Source of the DNA: Marsupella aquatica
Taxonomy: Eukaryota; Plantae; Marchantiophyta
Assembly: GCA_973895155.1 (NCBI GenBank)
Contig: OZ316899.1
Location: forward strand, 8,311,241 to 8,375,240
DNA: 64,000 nucleotides
Direction: 5' to 3'
Made by a program: the position numbers and the translations under genes. Shown here piece by piece: positions 25,066 to 36,948 of this stretch. Numbering within the stretch: the stretch's first letter is position 1; every line of letters starts with the position of its first letter. The notes under the pieces were generated by a model. The model was given only the letters and a program-made list of their open reading frames with translations, had not been told where the DNA came from and searched no databases.

Positions 25066-26100
25066 ATGAGTGATTCGGAGGAGTTTTTTGAAGACGTGGA
25101 ACTTGAAGCACGAGGATCACCGCGGAGGTTTCAGGGGCAGAGAGAGGAGCAGGAGGAAGAGCACGTGACACCGATACCATCACCGGTGCGGCGTGTGGTG
25201 GAGGAAGCAGTACTACTACCGGAGCTCACGGTAAAGAAGAAGATGGGGACTTTCAAGCTTGGGGGACCCAAGTATGAAGTGACAAAGTATGATGGGCGCT
25301 CTGACTACTTGCTATGGGAGAAGCAAGTGAAGGGAGTGCTTTATGCGTCAGGGATGGGCCAACTGCTGAGCCCTCGTGAAGACGATGTTGATGAGAAACA
25401 ATGGGACCGCATGCAGGAGCAGGGAGTGTGGTGTGTTACACTCTATCTCATGCCTCCCATCATCAAGCAGTTAGGTGCACATAAGGATTGCATGTCCTTG
25501 TTTGCGGAATTGCAGAGCAAGTATCACCGCAAGGAGTTGTCGAACCGGCTCTACACTTCCTACAAACTGATGAGTTTCAGGATGAAGGAATCTGGTACGA
25601 AGTTGCAAGACCATGTGGATGCTTTCAACGACATGGTCGTTGACTTGGAAAACCTTGGGGAGACTTTGAATGATGAGACGAAGGCTCTGCAGCTTCTTAG
25701 TTCATTGCCTCCATCTTACCAGTCCCTATCACGAGTGTTGTTGCATCGTGATAGGGATACCATTTCATACAATGACGTGGTAAGTTCTCTGCTTAGTGAT
25801 GATCTTCAGCAGAAGATGCACATCACGTCACAGCCTTCATCATCTGGTGTTGCCCTCAATGTTAACCGTGGGAGGAGTATGCAGCGACCAACTGGGGACC
25901 GTAGAACCCAGTTTAGATCTAAATCCAGATCTAAGTCCAAGGGTAAATCCCCTCAGAGGAGGCAGGTGACATGTTGGAAGTGCAACCAAGTTGGACACTT
26001 CAAGCGAGACTGTAAGGGAAAGGCAGCGGAAACTTCATCGGCAAATGTGGCTAGGGCTGATGGAGAAGCTGATTTACTCAATGATGAGTATGTTTTATGA
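25066..26100 (+). CDS. gag: Copia Gag with CCHC zinc knuckle
   Basis: KYDGRSDYLLWE, LLSSLPPSY and CWKCNQVGHFKRDC. Ends in a TGA that is in frame with pol. Confidence 0.92.
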   Translation: MSDSEEFFEDVELEARGSPRRFQGQREEQEEEHVTPIPSPVRRVVEEAVLLPELTVKKKMGTFKLGGPKYEVTKYDGRSDYLLWEKQVKGVLYASGMGQLLSPREDDVDEKQWDRMQEQGVWCVTLYLMPPIIKQLGAHKDCMSLFAELQSKYHRKELSNRLYTSYKLMSFRMKESGTKLQDHVDAFNDMVVDLENLGETLNDETKALQLLSSLPPSYQSLSRVLLHRDRDTISYNDVVSSLLSDDLQQKMHITSQPSSSGVALNVNRGRSMQRPTGDRRTQFRSKSRSKSKGKSPQRRQVTCWKCNQVGHFKRDCKGKAAETSSANVARADGEADLLNDEYVL

Positions 26101-29100
26101 AGCCGGGGGTATGCCCTGTGCACGTCATCTAGGAGAGCAGATGATGTGTGGATTCTTGATTGTGCTTGCTCTTTTCATATTTGTTACATTCGTGAGTTTT
26201 TCAGTTCTTACTCTGTTTCAAACGGTTCAGTTCTGATGGGAAATGATCACTCCTGTCAAATTGAGGGAATTGGGTCTGTGAAGATTCAAATGTTTGATGG
26301 CGCTGTGCGCATAGTGTCCGGAGTCAGGTATGTACCTGGCATGCGTAAGAATCTGATTTCACTCGGTGTGTTGGATTCAAATGGTCATCAATGGAGCGTT
26401 ATTGATGGTGAACTTCAAGTCAGGTCGGGAGAGACAGTGATTTTGAAGGGGAGTAGACAAAAGAATTTGTATGTGTTACAGGGCAATACTGTATGTGGAG
26501 AGGCCAATGTAACCAAGTCTCACGAGGAGATGACTCAACTGTGGCATTCACGGCTAGGCCACATGAGTGAGAAGGGTTTGGCTATCTTACGGAAGAATGG
26601 ACTCATTTTTGATTTGCAATCTTCTAAATTAGAGTTTTGTGAGCATTGCATTCTTGGAAAGCAGCATCGTCGTGCTTTTGGTGTTGGAACTCATCGTTCC
26701 AAAGCGGTTCTTGAGTACATACATAGTGACGTGTGGGGTCCATCCCCGACTCCCTCACACTCTGGAAAGTTGTACTATGTATCATTTATTGATGATTACT
26801 CAAGATTTGTGTGGATTTATTTCATGACGCATAAGTCTGATGTCTTGTCCATTTTTAAGAAGTGGAAGGCCCAGGTGGAGAATCAGACTGGAAACACGAT
26901 CAAGTGTTTGGATACAAGGGTGAAGAGTCTGAGGTCAGACAACGGCGGGGAGTACACTTCAATGGAATTTGAAGAGTACTGTTCAGAACAGGGGATAACT
27001 CGCCATCTCACCACAGTTTATACTCCGCAGCAGAATGGTGTCGCTGAGAGGCTCAATCGGACACTGTTGGAGCGGTCACGGAGTATGTTGAGCCAATCAG
27101 GTTTACCACAAGAATTTTGGGCAGAAGCTGTCAATACCGCAGCTTATTTGGTAAATCTTTCTCCTTCTAGTGCTATCAATTTCAAAACGCCGTTTGAGAT
27201 GCGCTATAAGCGGCAAGCAGACTATCATGGCTTGGTAATTTTTGGAAGTGATGCATATGCTCTCACACCAAAGCAGAATAGGACCAAGTTGGATCCTACC
27301 TCCAGGAAATGTGTTTTTCTTGGGTACCAGAGTGGTGTGAAAGCCTATAGGCTATGGGATCCTATTGCCTGTAAGCTCGTTGTCAGTAGGGATGTTTCCT
27401 TCAATGAATCCAGATTATTGAAGGAGGGGGAGAATACTCAGGTCTCCCGTACTGACAAAGGAAAATCTCCTATCCCGGATCTCGTTGAGGGGGAGATTGG
27501 TTATGAGATGCATGACCGGAGAGAAGGAGTTGCTCCAATTATGGAGCTGGTTCCTATGCCAGAGGAACCAGAGGAGTTTGTTGATGCTGGTGAGCAACAA
27601 GTGGATGCTGTTGAGCTTCAAATTGTACCAGCACACGCAGATCAACCGGAGTCATCGGCTAGAAGAACATCTGGTCGCACTGTACGCGCTCCATCAAGGT
27701 ATGGACAGTGGGTTGATTCATCTCAACTGCAAGAGGATGATTTTACAGCTGATGATGAGGGTGATGCGTTAATTTTGGAAGAAGGAGAACCTTCTTCATT
27801 TCATGAGGCAAGTGCTTCAAAAGAGAAGCAGAAGTGGACTACAGCAATGCAAACGGAGATGCAGTCACTAAAGGACAACAAAACTTGGGAGCTTGTTAAG
27901 CTGCCTAAGGGTCAGCAAGTGGTGGACAGCAAGTGGATTTACAAGCTGAAGGATAATTCCATAGGAGGTGGATCGAAGGTCTACAAGGCTAGATTGGTAG
28001 CAAAGGGATTCACACAAGAGAAAGGTGTGGATTACAATGAGGTCTTCTCACCAGTTGCTAAGTACTCTACAATACGACTATTGTGTGTACTTGTTGTAAT
28101 GTTTGGTCTGCTCCTAGATCAGATGGATGTTGTCACAACTTTCCTCTATGGCACATTGGAAGAGGTGATCTTCATGAGACAACCGCTAGGTTTTGTGAAG
28201 AGAGGACAGAAGGAATTGGTTTGCAGATTGCTGAAATCCTTGTATGGGTTGAAGCAGTCACCAAGACAGTGGAACAAGCGGTTTGACGATTGGATTCGGT
28301 CACAAGGTTTTCACAGAAGTGTATTTGACCCTTGTGTGTATTTGAAACCGGTGAAGAATGTTGTCTTTGGGTTCATTGTTTTAGTACTTTATGTGGATGA
28401 CATGCTAATTGCAGCCAAGGATAGGTCTGAGATTGTTAAGCTCAAGGCACTGCTTAGTGCAGAGTTTAAGATGAAGGACTTAGGGCCAGCTAAGAGGATT
28501 TTGGGTATGAAGATCACTAGGGACTTGGAGGCTGGCAAGCTATGGTTGACGCAGAGCAGTTATGCGAGGAAGGTAATTGCAAGGTTCAACATGGAGAATA
28601 GCAAGCCAGTAAGTACCCCGTTGGCTCCACACTTCAAGTTATCATCAGCGTTCTGTCCTACGGATGACACAGAGAAGGGGTTGATGTCAAAGGTTCCATA
28701 TGACAAGGCAGTGGGGAGTCTCATGTATTTGATGACTTGCACTAGACCTGATCTTGCCATGGCTATGGGCAAGGTGAGCAGGTACATGTCGAATCCAGGG
28801 AAGGTACACTGGGAAGCAGTGAAGTGGATTATCAGGTACTTGAAGGGTACCGTGGATCATGGTCTTTTATTTGATGCGAATGCAAAGAATGCTAGATCAT
28901 TGATTGGCTATGTAGATTCTGACTATGGACAAGATTTGGACCGAAGGAGATCAACAACAGGATACGTGTTCACACTTGGCGGTGGATGCATAAGTTGGAG
29001 GTCTACTTTGCAGAAGTGTATTGCTCAGTCTACTACAGAAGCGGAGTATGTTGCAGCTGCGGAAGCAGCAAAGGAAGCGATTTGGTTGGATAGACTTATC

Positions 29101-29373
29101 ACTGAAATGGGATTGCCACAGGGGAATGTGAAGCTCCATTGTGATAGTCAAAGTGCGCTCCACCTTGCTGTGAACCAGGTGATGGACAGCAAAGTGAAGC
29201 ACATTGACGTCAGGTACTATTTTATCAGGCAGACTGTGTCTGATAATTTGTTTGAGCTAGTCAAGATTGATGGTAAACTCAACCCGGCTGACGCATTTAC
29301 CAAAGTGATTCCTTTGGAGAGTTTCTCTAGACACCGTGACGTATTGCAGGTTTTGCAATTGCATCACAAGTAG
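26101..29373 (+). CDS. pol: Copia Pol (protease, GAG-pre-integrase, integrase, reverse transcriptase, RNase H)
   Basis: WILDCACSFH, LWHSRLGH..CEHC, HSDVWGP, RSDNGGEY, QNGVAER, KARLVAKGF, LYVDDML, YVDSD..STTEAEY. Open from the gag stop to 29373. Confidence 0.96.
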   Translation, partial: SRGYALCTSSRRADDVWILDCACSFHICYIREFFSSYSVSNGSVLMGNDHSCQIEGIGSVKIQMFDGAVRIVSGVRYVPGMRKNLISLGVLDSNGHQWSVIDGELQVRSGETVILKGSRQKNLYVLQGNTVCGEANVTKSHEEMTQLWHSRLGHMSEKGLAILRKNGLIFDLQSSKLEFCEHCILGKQHRRAFGVGTHRSKAVLEYIHSDVWGPSPTPSHSGKLYYVSFIDDYSRFVWIYFMTHKSDVLSIFKKWKAQVENQTGNTIKCLDTRVKSLRSDNGGEYTSMEFEEYCSEQGITRHLTTVYTPQQNGVAERLNRTLLERSRSMLSQSGLPQEFWAEAVNTAAYLVNLSPSSAINFKTPFEMRYKRQADYHGLVIFGSDAYALTPKQNRTKLDPTSRKCVFLGYQSGVKAYRLWDPIACKLVVSRDVSFNESRLLKEGENTQVSRTDKGKSPIPDLVEGEIGYEMHDRREGVAPIMELVPMPEEPEEFVDAGEQQVDAVELQIVPAHADQPESSARRTSGRTVRAPSRYGQWVDSSQLQEDDFTADDEGDALILEEGEPSSFHEASASKEKQKWTTAMQTEMQSLKDNKTWELVKLPKGQQVVDSKWIYKLKDNSIGGGSKVYKARLVAKGFTQEKGVDYNEVFSPVAKYSTIRLLCVLVVMFGLLLDQMDVVTTFLYGTLEEVIFMRQPLGFVKRGQKELVCRLLKSLYGLKQSPRQWNKRFDDWIRSQGFHRSVFDPCVYLKPVKNVVFGFIVLVLYVDDMLIAAKDRSEIVKLKALLSAEFKMKDLGPAKRILGMKITRDLEAGKLWLTQSSYARKVIARFNMENSKPVSTPLAPHFKLSSAFCPTDDTEKGLMSKVPYDKAVGSLMYLMTCTRPDLAMAMGKVSRYMSNPGKVHWEAVKWIIRYLKGTVDHGLLFDANAKNARSLIGYVDSDYGQDLDRRRSTTGYVFTLGGGCISWRSTLQKCIAQSTTEAEYVAAAEAAKEAIWLDRLITEMGLPQGNVKLHCDSQSALHLAVNQVMDSKVKHIDVRYYFIRQTVSDNLFELVKIDGKLNPADAFTKVIPLESFSRHRDVLQVLQLHHK

Positions 29374-29553
29374 AGTTTTCTTAAACATTCATTGTAATTA
29401 CTGATATATGCTCTTCCTCATTCCTATGTATTAGGCTACGGCTTAGTTCTGGTTTGCTCTAGTTAGAGAGGGAAACCGGTTTGGTTTCTGTCCAGAACTT
29501 CCCGCTGAGGGATCATATACATTGGCAGTATTACTCTCCCCTAGACCAGAGTC

Positions 29554-29563
29554 AAGGGGAAGA
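29554..29563 (+). promoter_or_regulatory. Polypurine tract
   Basis: AAGGGGAAGA, 1 nt before the 3' LTR. Confidence 0.85.
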
Positions 29564-29564
29564 T

Positions 29565-29984
29565 TGTTGGGTATTTACTCTTACGTCTAGGTTAGGTATG
29601 ACGTGGTTGGTACAACAACGTGGGTTGGTACAACTACGTGGTTAGGTACAACTACGTGATTAGGTACAACTATGTGGTTAGGTACAACTACGTGATTAGG
29701 TACAACTATGTGGTTAGGTACAACTAAGTTGCACACTATATCATAAGAGGCATGTGTGCTTGGAGAGGTAGAACCAAGGCTCATTGTTATGGAGCCACTT
29801 GAGAGATAGGGAGAGCTTACATGTGGAGACTCGGTATAGCCGACGGGCTTAGAGTTCAGTAAAGCTCTCTTGTGTGTTCCCGTGGACGTAGCCTCAAGGA
29901 GGTGAACCACGTATCTCTTGTGTCGACTATTGTGCGTTGGATGGTTCATGGGCTTGCCGTTGCGATCGTCGTCTATGCTCAACA
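29565..29984 (+). repeat. 3' LTR of the Copia element
   Basis: Duplicate of 23492-23911. Confidence 0.95.
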
Positions 29985-31900
29985 AACATTGTGCCCTTTG
30001 GATAGGTTGCGGAATGCAAAATTGTTTATTGAGGCATATCGCATTTTGAGAGAAATTGATGCGTGGTGGAGGGCAGGTAATTGTTACCCCGAGAAATTAC
30101 GAATGTTGCAAGGTTGGATTTCTTGGTGGGTGGTCCGATGGCACCAATGGGGGAACTTTATTAGATTGGTGAGTTTTCTAAACACTTGTTGGTTAGCGCC
30201 TAACGCTACTCGTACTGGTTCTACTCTACAGCCTGTAGTAGTATTGGGGGTCTCTTGACTAGCGTCTGGCGCTACTCAAAAAGGTTCTACTTGATATTCT
30301 GTACTAGTATTTTGGGTTCTCTTGGATATTTCTTGGCAATATTCAACTCTCTAACCTTGCCGCCTGCTTTCTCTAGAGCAAGAGTGTAGAAGAAGTAGCG
30401 ATGATTCCAAATTGTGGTGGATCTGAGTCGTCTCATGCGTCGATGATTGCTTGGCAAACCAAGAAGAAGGTTGGCATCTTTGAAGGGTGTGGAATAGACT
30501 AGAACAGAGCAATCTCTCAAAATTGCAACCTATATGGCTTACAAGAGAGGATTAAACAGAGGGAATGGTCCAACTGTGTTTGAGTTGGCTTTCCAATCTG
30601 CGGATCTAGCAGGGTCCCCACGGTTGTTTGAAGAGACTTTGAACCTTTTCCTTTCCAATGCGGCTGAATTTGATTTGGAAAGGAGTTCACCTTTGAACGG
30701 GGATGTAGTTACACGGTCAGTCAAGAGGAAGGGCCATGCTATTGGAAATGTCTCCGCTCATGACTCCCACAGGCACAATACTGTCCTCATGACACCTCCA
30801 AACACCCAAGGTTTCAAGCAACGAAATCTAAATCAAACTGAATTCTTGCCCATTCGATCTGAACCTGTAGTCCAAGAGGGTGAAGTCGTCAATCTTTCAG
30901 AGAGCGATTGTTCCGATAGTCTTAACAAGCAGAAGCCTCCTCTCTGATGCAAATGAGGTCATCTACATCCAATGACTCCTCCAGTATATGTTGTTCAAGA
31001 AGAAACCCCGCCTGTGTTAGAGGCCAATGTTCCTTCTGGATCCTGGCATATTCGTTGAACTTTGAAGCATGGGGCTGGACCTGTTTGCAATGGATCCCTT
31101 GGCGGACAAGGAGATTGTGATGAATGTCAAAATTGATTGAAGAAGGTAGGTTACCGGACGGCAAATGGAGTTGTTGGTATCGCAGTTCAAGCAGCGCGGC
31201 TTTTCAGAGGGGAACCACATCCGGAACTGATCTGGTTCTGTCCGAATAATGTTTGTTACAGAAGTTGTCCTCAAAAGGGTGTGGTGAACGTTCCTCCCCC
31301 TGTTGATCACCTACATGTTGCATTGAGTATGAAACATGTTGCATTGAGTATGAATTTTTCCGCAGCTGAGGTTGAGTTTCTAAAGGAGAATGGAATATCA
31401 ATGGGTGGTGTAGGTCATGGTGTAGAAAATGCACCAAGTGGACTAGATCTCTGCATTGATGTGAATGCTTTCCCTGAAAGGATCAATCTAGTTGAGTCGA
31501 CAATTCGTTGTTTATCTCGAAACGAAAGGACGTGCTTACAGAGAGTGCATCTAACTAAGTTGCACTATTAGAAGATTGAAGCTGCTGAGAAAGAGGAGAT
31601 GAAAGTAATATGTTCCAGGGATGTTGCAGCAGGCAATGGATGGGTAAAACAATTTTGCATCCAATCACACATCAATCACCACTCTATGATTGCCTACTAG
31701 GTTCAGATTTACTGCTTCCCGTGCTGTTCTTGCAAAGATTTTTACCGTCATCATGCCCACCAAAAACCTTTCATGCCTTGCAAACATTTGTATTGGATTT
31801 ATAAGAATGTTCTCAAGCTGGACCTACGAGAATCCACATTGTCAAGTCAACCGATACTCACCATTGGAGAAATACGTCTCTTGTTGGAACGAGAAACTTG
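29985..31900 (+). pseudogene. MULE-like transposase, C-terminal part with SWIM zinc finger
   Basis: Continues ..HCALW/DRLRNAK..GWISWWVVRWHQWG, with a splice donor gtgagt at ~30169. FPCCSCKDF..PCKHLYWIY at ~31716-31805 is a SWIM CxC..CxH. Many stops and frameshifts. Confidence 0.7.
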
Positions 31901-32044
31901 AGTGGAAACCGTTGGCTATTGTGAGGTTTACGTTCAACCGTGCGCATTTTACTTTGTTGTTTTCCAACGGCATTATCAGATAGAGGAGGCTCCATCACCA
32001 AGCATCTACAAACAGCCTTTTTTAGGAATAGTGTTTGACACACA

Positions 32045-33450
32045 GTGGGACATCTCGTAAAGGAGGCAGTTGTTGGGACACCCAACCAGAGAATACAAGA
32101 TCGTGACAGAGTCTTGGACATTTTTGCTACCACTAGGTCAAAAGGGAAGAAGAATCTTGACCCTGAGCAAGGATCACGAAAGGAATACAAGAGCCTTCAA
32201 AATCCTCCAAGAAGATGGAGGCTAAAAGAGACCCTTTTAACGAAGGATTGCCTTGAGACCAAGACCCAGATTATGATAGAAGCGATCCCAAATACTTTGC
32301 ACGGGATGTATCAACCGAGGTAAAAAAATTCATATCTCAGGAATTGGAGAGAAGTGCACCTGCAACAAACCGACCAGACTCACATCAAAAGAAGGTCAAT
32401 AACCAGATACACCAAGAGGGACTTCCTTTGAGGAAATCAGTTGTGCCAACTAACTATGATATTGTTGTAGATGTCAGAAACTTTCCAGCCAACATCACAA
32501 TTGGTGACTTACTGCAAGACAATCCGGTGGACCAAAGACAATTACGGGTGTTGCTATCCGGCCGAAAGAGATGACTAAAATTACCTCCAACTGATGTTCT
32601 TAGGACAGCGGAGGAGGATATTGGACCACCCCAAATTGATATCCAAATCCAAGGATGTACGCTCAAGGGAATTCCAATTGATGGCCGCTCAAGTGTGAAC
32701 CTCATGACAAGAGAAACAACTTTCAACTTGGGATTTACTACTTTCAATAACACTCCAAAAGTACTTTGGATGGCGGATCAGTCAAGAGTGGTACTAGTAG
32801 GCATGTTGAGTCAGATTGAGACTACCATAGCTAGAACCTCCTTTTATTTGGATTTTATTGTGATTAATCCGGAAATCTCTTCTAGCTTTCCAGCTTTGAT
32901 GGGACAACCTTGGTTGTATCAGGCTAAAGTGAAAGTCAATTGGGAACAGAAGGAGTTAAGTTTTGGAAAACCAAAGGTGATTATGAGTTGGACGCTAGAT
33001 GCCCACCAAGGGGAGACTCAGACTAATGAGGGTTACACCTCAGATTTTTCTGATTCACAACTGGTACAACTCAGACCCAGAACTTTACTATCCCATCTGA
33101 TGTGTAGTATATCAATGTGTTGGAGGTAGAAGAGGAAACTAAGATGGGAGCACCCACCCAACTTTTGACAATCACAGAAAGGGGTACTAAACTCTCTTGA
33201 GCAAGAACAACTTTTACCATAATTCACAAACAAACATTGGTAAAGGGGTATCACGACAAGAAGCTCAAACCTGTGAACTTGCAAAAAGATGATTTAGTGT
33301 TGATGTATGATAGTAGGTTTCAACACTTCCCAGGTAAACTCCATACACGTTGGTTGGGACCTTACAAGGTCAACCAAGTATTCCACCTTAATAGGAGATG
33401 TGTATCCCACACGCGTCCACTATGATCGGTTAAAAAAATATTTTCAACAA
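32045..33450 (+). pseudogene. Ty3/gypsy remnant: gag end, aspartic protease and integrase C-terminus; RT, RNase H and integrase core missing
   Basis: ANITIGDLLQDNP, IPIDGRSSVNLM..LMGQPWL (protease) and DLVLMYDSRFQHFPGKLHTRWLGPYKV (GPY/F region). Confidence 0.8.
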
Positions 33451-33501
33451 TAGAAAGATTAGTGTGTTTGCGGGGTCGCTGCACACTTGAGAGGGAGGCT
33501 A

Positions 33502-35181
33502 TGTCAGATGCCTAAAAAACATAATTACATAGAAATTATGTAAATATGGGTAATTTTTTTGTTTTGTGTACAATTTGTATCAATAAGTTCTTTAGTGTAC
33601 AAAACTAATATCAATAAATGTATTGATTCTAGAAAAAATATTGACTAGGGAAGATAAGTTATAGTTGAAGGTCAATAGAAAAAAAACAAGTATCATCTAA
33701 GTAGTGGTGGTAGGTGTCAACTAATGAGTGATCAAATAAAGCAATAGAGAATGCCCAAACTTGCTACATGGTTACAACAAAAATAATGGAGAAAGAATCT
33801 CAACAAAGATGATACTTCTAATTCAAGTAGTACTAAGCCAAGGAAAAAGACGATGAAATATTCCAATGGACGGATTAGAAATCAATTAGCTAGTGTGAAT
33901 ACGATTCTTAGCCTAGCTAGATCTTTTTAAGGTTGCACCATCATTGAAAGAAAGAGACAAACTAGAGGTTAGGTCAACTAGCTAACTTAAGGATTACTCT
34001 TAGTCTAAACTTGCTAAAAATGATTCTTGACCTTAGATGTACTATGGCAATTGAGTGGTTTTGATTGGATTTGAGTGGAGGCTATAGGGCACCAACCATA
34101 TAAATAAGAGGAAGTGGAGGCTCACTTTCTCACTTGCTCATTAGTTGCTCACTTGCTTGCTTTCTTGGAGGGGCGCCACGGGTTGGGACTCAAGAAAGAA
34201 GGAGTGAGGATTAGTGAGGTCTCAGAGTGTGTGGCACCTTGGGAGTTATGAGTTAGTGTTCATGAAAGACTCTAGTATTGAAGACCTTGGGTGGAGCCCA
34301 AGCTTGTACTAAGTTTACTTGATATAAACCTATGTGTCTTCCTTCCTTGGACACTCTTATTCTAACTTGTGAAGAGAGTGTGATACTTTCTTTCAACGGT
34401 TTTATGACATGTTTTTGACAATTTTCTTTTGACATTTTTGTGACATCTTTTATAAGGAGTACTTTGGTCATAGAGTTTTGCTTACCAAACAACGTTGGAG
34501 TACATCACCAAGATTTCTTGGACAAGAAATGATGTGATTGTATGCTCGGTGGTTGTTTGGCCAAGCACTAGCACACCAAGTGGAAACTTTATCTTTGTTT
34601 GAGGTTTTGAAGCCAAACTTTGGTGATCGAGTTTTGGTTGATCAAGAAGGCACTGGGGTGTAGTATGGGCAAGGATTCCTAAGGTGAGTCTTGACATGAC
34701 TATATCGGCAAGAGGCAATTGATTGATCACTAGCGAATCAAAGTGATGCTTCCATTTTTTTTGTGGTTAGACAATTAGAAGTTGTGTAGGCTGACTTGTT
34801 GGATGGTAGCCTGACATTACAATCCATGGTGGTGACGGCCCGTGGTGGTTCTGACATTGGTTGGTGCAGGGTGACCAGTATAGAGGTTAGAAGTCTCCTT
34901 GATGGATTTCTCTTCTGGCGACGGAAGTAAAATCATCTAGTGCAAGTTTGGATTTGATATAAGATTATTAATATGGTGGCAGCCAATAATAGTCTTGTAC
35001 TTGTTTGGAATACTAAAATTTGTGGTATGTGTGTGAGGATTTAGTTTTCCTAAAGATAGGTGTGTTGTGAGTACTAATTTCCAAGATTAGATCCCTTCTG
35101 AGAACCCAAAACGATAAGGGACTATGCTTTGAGAGTAAAATGAATTAAGTATGTGTTAAGTCCCAAAACAAAGGTCTGACA
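33502..35181 (+). repeat. Probable 3' LTR of the Gypsy remnant
   Basis: The purine tract gagagggagg (~33489-33498) precedes TGTCAGA. The inverted terminus TCTGACA is at 35175-35181, with an alternative at 34850-34856. A TATA-like TATAAATA is at ~34098. Confidence 0.5.
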
Positions 35182-35439
35182 AGGTATCCCTGTCTAAAAG
35201 GACTCACAACGGTGATGCTCTGGTGGTGAGTCCACACCATCAAGCATGGACCATCATCTGCTCTTGGGAATCAACAGACGATATCGATTCAAGCACTCAA
35301 TGTCTTTGTTCAGCCCCCGCCATTGAGTTGAAGCCAAGCAATTATTCCACTTGATTTCTAATCCCACATTTTTGCAGCGATTGTCTAGACGGTGTTGTGA
35401 CAAACCTTTTTGGTACCGAGACCAGGGATGAGGAAGTCG

Positions 35440-35625
35440 GTTGGTGTTCCATATTTAGTGAGCTGCAAGTGCTGTGGAGTCAAATTGTTTTGACTTCAAG
35501 CTCGACTCTCAGAGTTGATTGGTGTTCCATTTTTAGTGAGCTGTAAATGCTGAGGAGTCAAATTGTTTCAACTTTGAGCTCAACTCCGAGTGACAATTGG
35601 TGTTTTGTTTTTGATGAGTTTTGGG
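35440..35625 (+). repeat. ~79-bp imperfect tandem repeat (ttggtgttccat..tagtgagctg..gagtcaaattgttt), about 2.5 copies
   Basis: Direct reading. Confidence 0.6.
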
Positions 35626-36478
35626 CATGCGAAAGCTAAGGAGTTGGGAGTTGGTTGCGATTGGAATGCAAAAGACTGTTTGTTCGTCTTCAAGCAACCA
35701 AGAGTCTGGCCATTGAGTTCTGAACCCGCCTGGCGGTGACTCGTCGGGCGGGGATGCTGGTTTTGAGGTGTATTTGAGGCCTGGGCTTTGGCTCAGACCA
35801 GGGGAGTCGATCGTTTATGGAGATTTGGATTGAGGTTTGAGGTGATATCGATTGTGAACTAGCAAGCCTGAGTGTTGGATCGTTGGCGATACAAGCTGAG
35901 AGATTCCAAGTTCTAAGCTTGAGCACTTGAGCACTTGAGGAATTGGATTTCGTGGATTTTCCGACTTGATAGCCTTTGAGAGGACGATAGCTCGATGGAA
36001 GATAGATAGTAGCTCGCCAAAGGGTTAGAGATCAGACTTTCACGAGTGACCCGCCCAAGGGCACCCATTGTATTGATCACGAGATTTTCAGAAAGTAAAG
36101 TGTTTGAGTTTGGGCCCCGAATTGTGTCTATCACTTGTCTGGGTTGCAGCCAAAAACAATTTGTTTTCCCAAGGTGACCCTTGCATTCAGTCCACGCGAC
36201 ATTGGTGACCATACTGGGGATACCTTGGGGCAATTAGGCAAGATGGGTGATAGCAATGAGCTTGATTGGATTTCCTGCATTGTCATGACGATGATGCGGA
36301 GGATAAGGAAAGAGGAGATTGAAGCTGAGAAAGAGAACAGGGAAACGGGTTTGCACTCTGCTGAAGTTTGTGGACCAACGGAGTGCTTGTGTTTTGGCTC
36401 CATAGGATGACAAGTGTTTTTCCAGTTTGTTTGTAGGTTGCACTCAAACTAGCAAAGTTACCTATGTTGGTGGGAGTG

Positions 36479-36948
36479 TGTGACGCCGCCAGCACAGCGG
36501 TTAATGATTGATTCGGCCTAGCCATGCTTAGCACGCTAGTTAGGGGCACCGTAGGCCGTAATTATTAGCATAACAACACAAAGTAGGTAGAACTTATGAC
36601 TAGGGAATCATTAGTTAATAAGGGGCATTTATGTTCGGGATGGCGGCAGAGCGCCATTCATACTCCCGGGTTACGAGCGTGTAAGGGGACACTTCGGGTC
36701 CATATAAATTCTCAAAGGCGGCTGCTGACACGCTCTGAACCGGACCCGCGAGTGGCCAGTATAGTGGGAGCGTGAAAAGCTCGGCCTATGGGAAGAGAGG
36801 AGGGGCCGGTCGGACGATGAGCCCTCAGAGTATAAAAGGAGGGCCATTCTCTTGCATTACACTCACACTCCATTCCGCGCGCCAGCTTTGACCTCAGCCA
36901 CTTTGTCCCTCCTTAGTCGCCCACCGTCACTCCTGGATGTCTGTCACG
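36479..36948 (+). repeat. Possible degenerate LTR
   Basis: Purine-rich ggtgggag, then TGTGAC ... TATAAAAG (36831) ... GTCAC(g). No partner LTR or TSD found. Confidence 0.35.

Larger units (their letters stand above)
23492..29984 (+). mobile_element. Full-length Ty1/copia LTR retrotransposon, very recent insertion
   Basis: Two 420-bp TG..CA LTRs that look identical by eye. TSD AACAT at 23487-23491 and 29985-29989. PBS, PPT, gag and pol are present, in the order PR-INT-RT-RH. Confidence 0.97.
10955..30274. repeat. Dispersed 15-bp palindrome TAGCGCC(A/T)GGCGCTA and decayed variants
   Basis: Copies start at 10955, 11278, 11483, 12725, 13511, 14950, 16237, 19551, 19623, 19738, 19810, 20004, 30194 and 30260. 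Confidence 0.85.

Noticed and set aside
36485-36510. gccgccagcacagcggttaat resembling the SSU rRNA 515F region
   Set aside because: Only a short imperfect match with no other conserved rRNA segments; the context looks like an LTR remnant.
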